NCBI GenBank assembly: GCA_027923505.1
Contig: BROI01000008.1
Location: forward strand, 930,001 to 994,000
Length of the DNA stretch: 64,000 nucleotides
Reading direction: 5' to 3'
DNA from: Mayamaea pseudoterrestris
Taxonomy: Eukaryota
The position numbers were made by a program, and so were the translations under genes. Positions 63,315 through 64,000 of this stretch are shown here, piece after piece; the first letter of the stretch is position 1; each line of letters begins with the position of its first letter. The notes beneath the pieces are model-generated. The model searched no databases, was not told the origin of the DNA, and saw nothing but the letters and a program-made list of their open reading frames with translations.

Positions 63315-63490
63315 TCTAGGACTTTTTCTTGAAACTTTTGTTCATAAAAGAGTGTAAGAAGTTATCTGCAGTCATGTCCTATGGACGAAATGGCCTTGGC
63401 GAATGAATGCAAGGCTTCAAACATGACACTATTTCTAGGGGATAAATAGCTATTTCTGCAATATAATGATCACACTGTGTCTGAGTACAT

Positions 63491-63563
63491 GGGAGCTTAG
63501 CTCAGTTGGTAGAGCGTCCGCTTCGCATGCGGAAGGTCTAGGGTTCGATTCCCTAAGTTTCCA
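63491..63563 (+). tRNA. tRNA-Ala (anticodon CGC)
   Basis: Cloverleaf: acceptor GGGAGCT/AGTTTCC with the G3:U70 alanine identity pair, D arm GCTC/GAGC, anticodon arm TCCGC-TTCGCAT-GCGGA, T arm CTAGG-GTTCGATT-CCCTA region and discriminator A. TTTT follows. Confidence 0.97.
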
Positions 63564-63605
63564 TTTTGCCAGTTGAGAGATAAGTATTTTGTTAGCTTAG
63601 GTAAT

Positions 63606-63930
63606 AAAATTGTGACCCATGTGGCAACATACATGGGGGACTGCGGATAATCCGGCTCAGGGCGGATGCTTCGAGGAGACTGCCTTGGGGACACTCATAA
63701 GATACCCTTATGAGTACACTGTGATCGATAGTCACGTCATCAGTGGTGCGGGAGAGAAGAATGGGAACAGCTACCGACAACGGGCAGACCACATGCCGAT
63801 GTTGATCGGGTTGCCTCCCATTCCTTTGGTTAGCTTGCCGACCTTGTTGTTGTCTAGCAAGCTCTCTGAATTGGCTCTGAAGACTCCCAAAGTGCACTGT
63901 GAGTCCATTGCCTGGTTGTGGTTACTCAAG
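63606..63930 (-). ncRNA. Candidate structured non-coding RNA of unknown family
   Basis: At least six stems in about 320 nt, several extended by G-U pairs only on the minus strand. A terminal hairpin is followed by ACA-A-TTTT. A TA-rich tract lies upstream. Confidence 0.5.
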
Positions 63931-63958
63931 CAAAGTACAAAAGTCATTAAACCGTTGA

Positions 63959-63983
63959 TAATATATATATATATATTTATATA
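63959..63983. repeat. Imperfect (TA)n microsatellite / TATA-like tract
   Basis: TAATATATATATATATATTTATATA. Confidence 0.85.
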
Positions 63984-64000
63984 CATTGACCTATCATAGG

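Noticed and set aside
13262..63563. tRNA-modification cluster (TcdA, DTW, tRNA-Ala)
   Set aside because: TcdA is 48 kb away among unrelated housekeeping genes, so there is no evidence of functional clustering.
63717..63745. Hammerhead ribozyme core CTGATGA on the minus strand
   Set aside because: There is no GAAA after the candidate stem II.
63606..63930. RNase MRP/P, SRP RNA, U3 or TPP riboswitch identity for the structured region
   Set aside because: There are only partial motif resemblances (CAGAGAG, GGATAATCC). The required conserved regions are absent or out of order.
1..64000. Prokaryotic origin, operons, or an autonomous transposon or virus
   Set aside because: Spliceosomal introns and eukaryote-specific genes occur throughout. 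No transposase, reverse transcriptase, integrase or capsid motifs were seen. The many short overlapping ORFs are antisense or alternate-frame shadows of real genes.

Overview
This is gene-dense eukaryotic nuclear DNA with short GT-AG introns (about 70-150 nt), most likely from a diatom or other ochrophyte. That assignment is an inference from the signal-peptide-bearing ubiquitin E1 (SELMA type), a Ycf29-like response regulator with a bipartite-looking presequence, and diatom-style HMG, PPR, kinase and ShKT-P4H genes. About 29 protein-coding genes are supported: ABCC transporter, MSH4, DDX19, NOM1, TcdA, papain protease, GalE, ataxin-10-like, IQ protein, PPR, two HMG-box genes, class V aminotransferase, UBA1-like, FLVCR-like MFS, kinase, delta-COP, CTF4, SHAQKYF-type MYB, PIP5K, ShKT-P4H, GRP94, SF3A1, DTW, BAG-like, the response regulator and two orphans. 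One tRNA-Ala(CGC) is also present. The most interesting content is invisible in the ORF track. (1) A minus-strand spliced, apparently non-coding host transcript at about 60.7-61.6 kb carries four box C/D snoRNAs in its introns: U46/snR63-like, U31/snR67-like, U29/snR71-like and one unassigned, with two of them sharing one intron. (2) A ~320-nt highly structured minus-strand RNA candidate of unknown family lies convergent with the tRNA. (3) A 5 x 42-bp TGACG-bearing tandem array and (4) a perfect 32-bp palindrome with a sister hairpin both sit in divergent promoters. All calls come from reading by eye and recalled family motifs; no database searches or folding programs were run.
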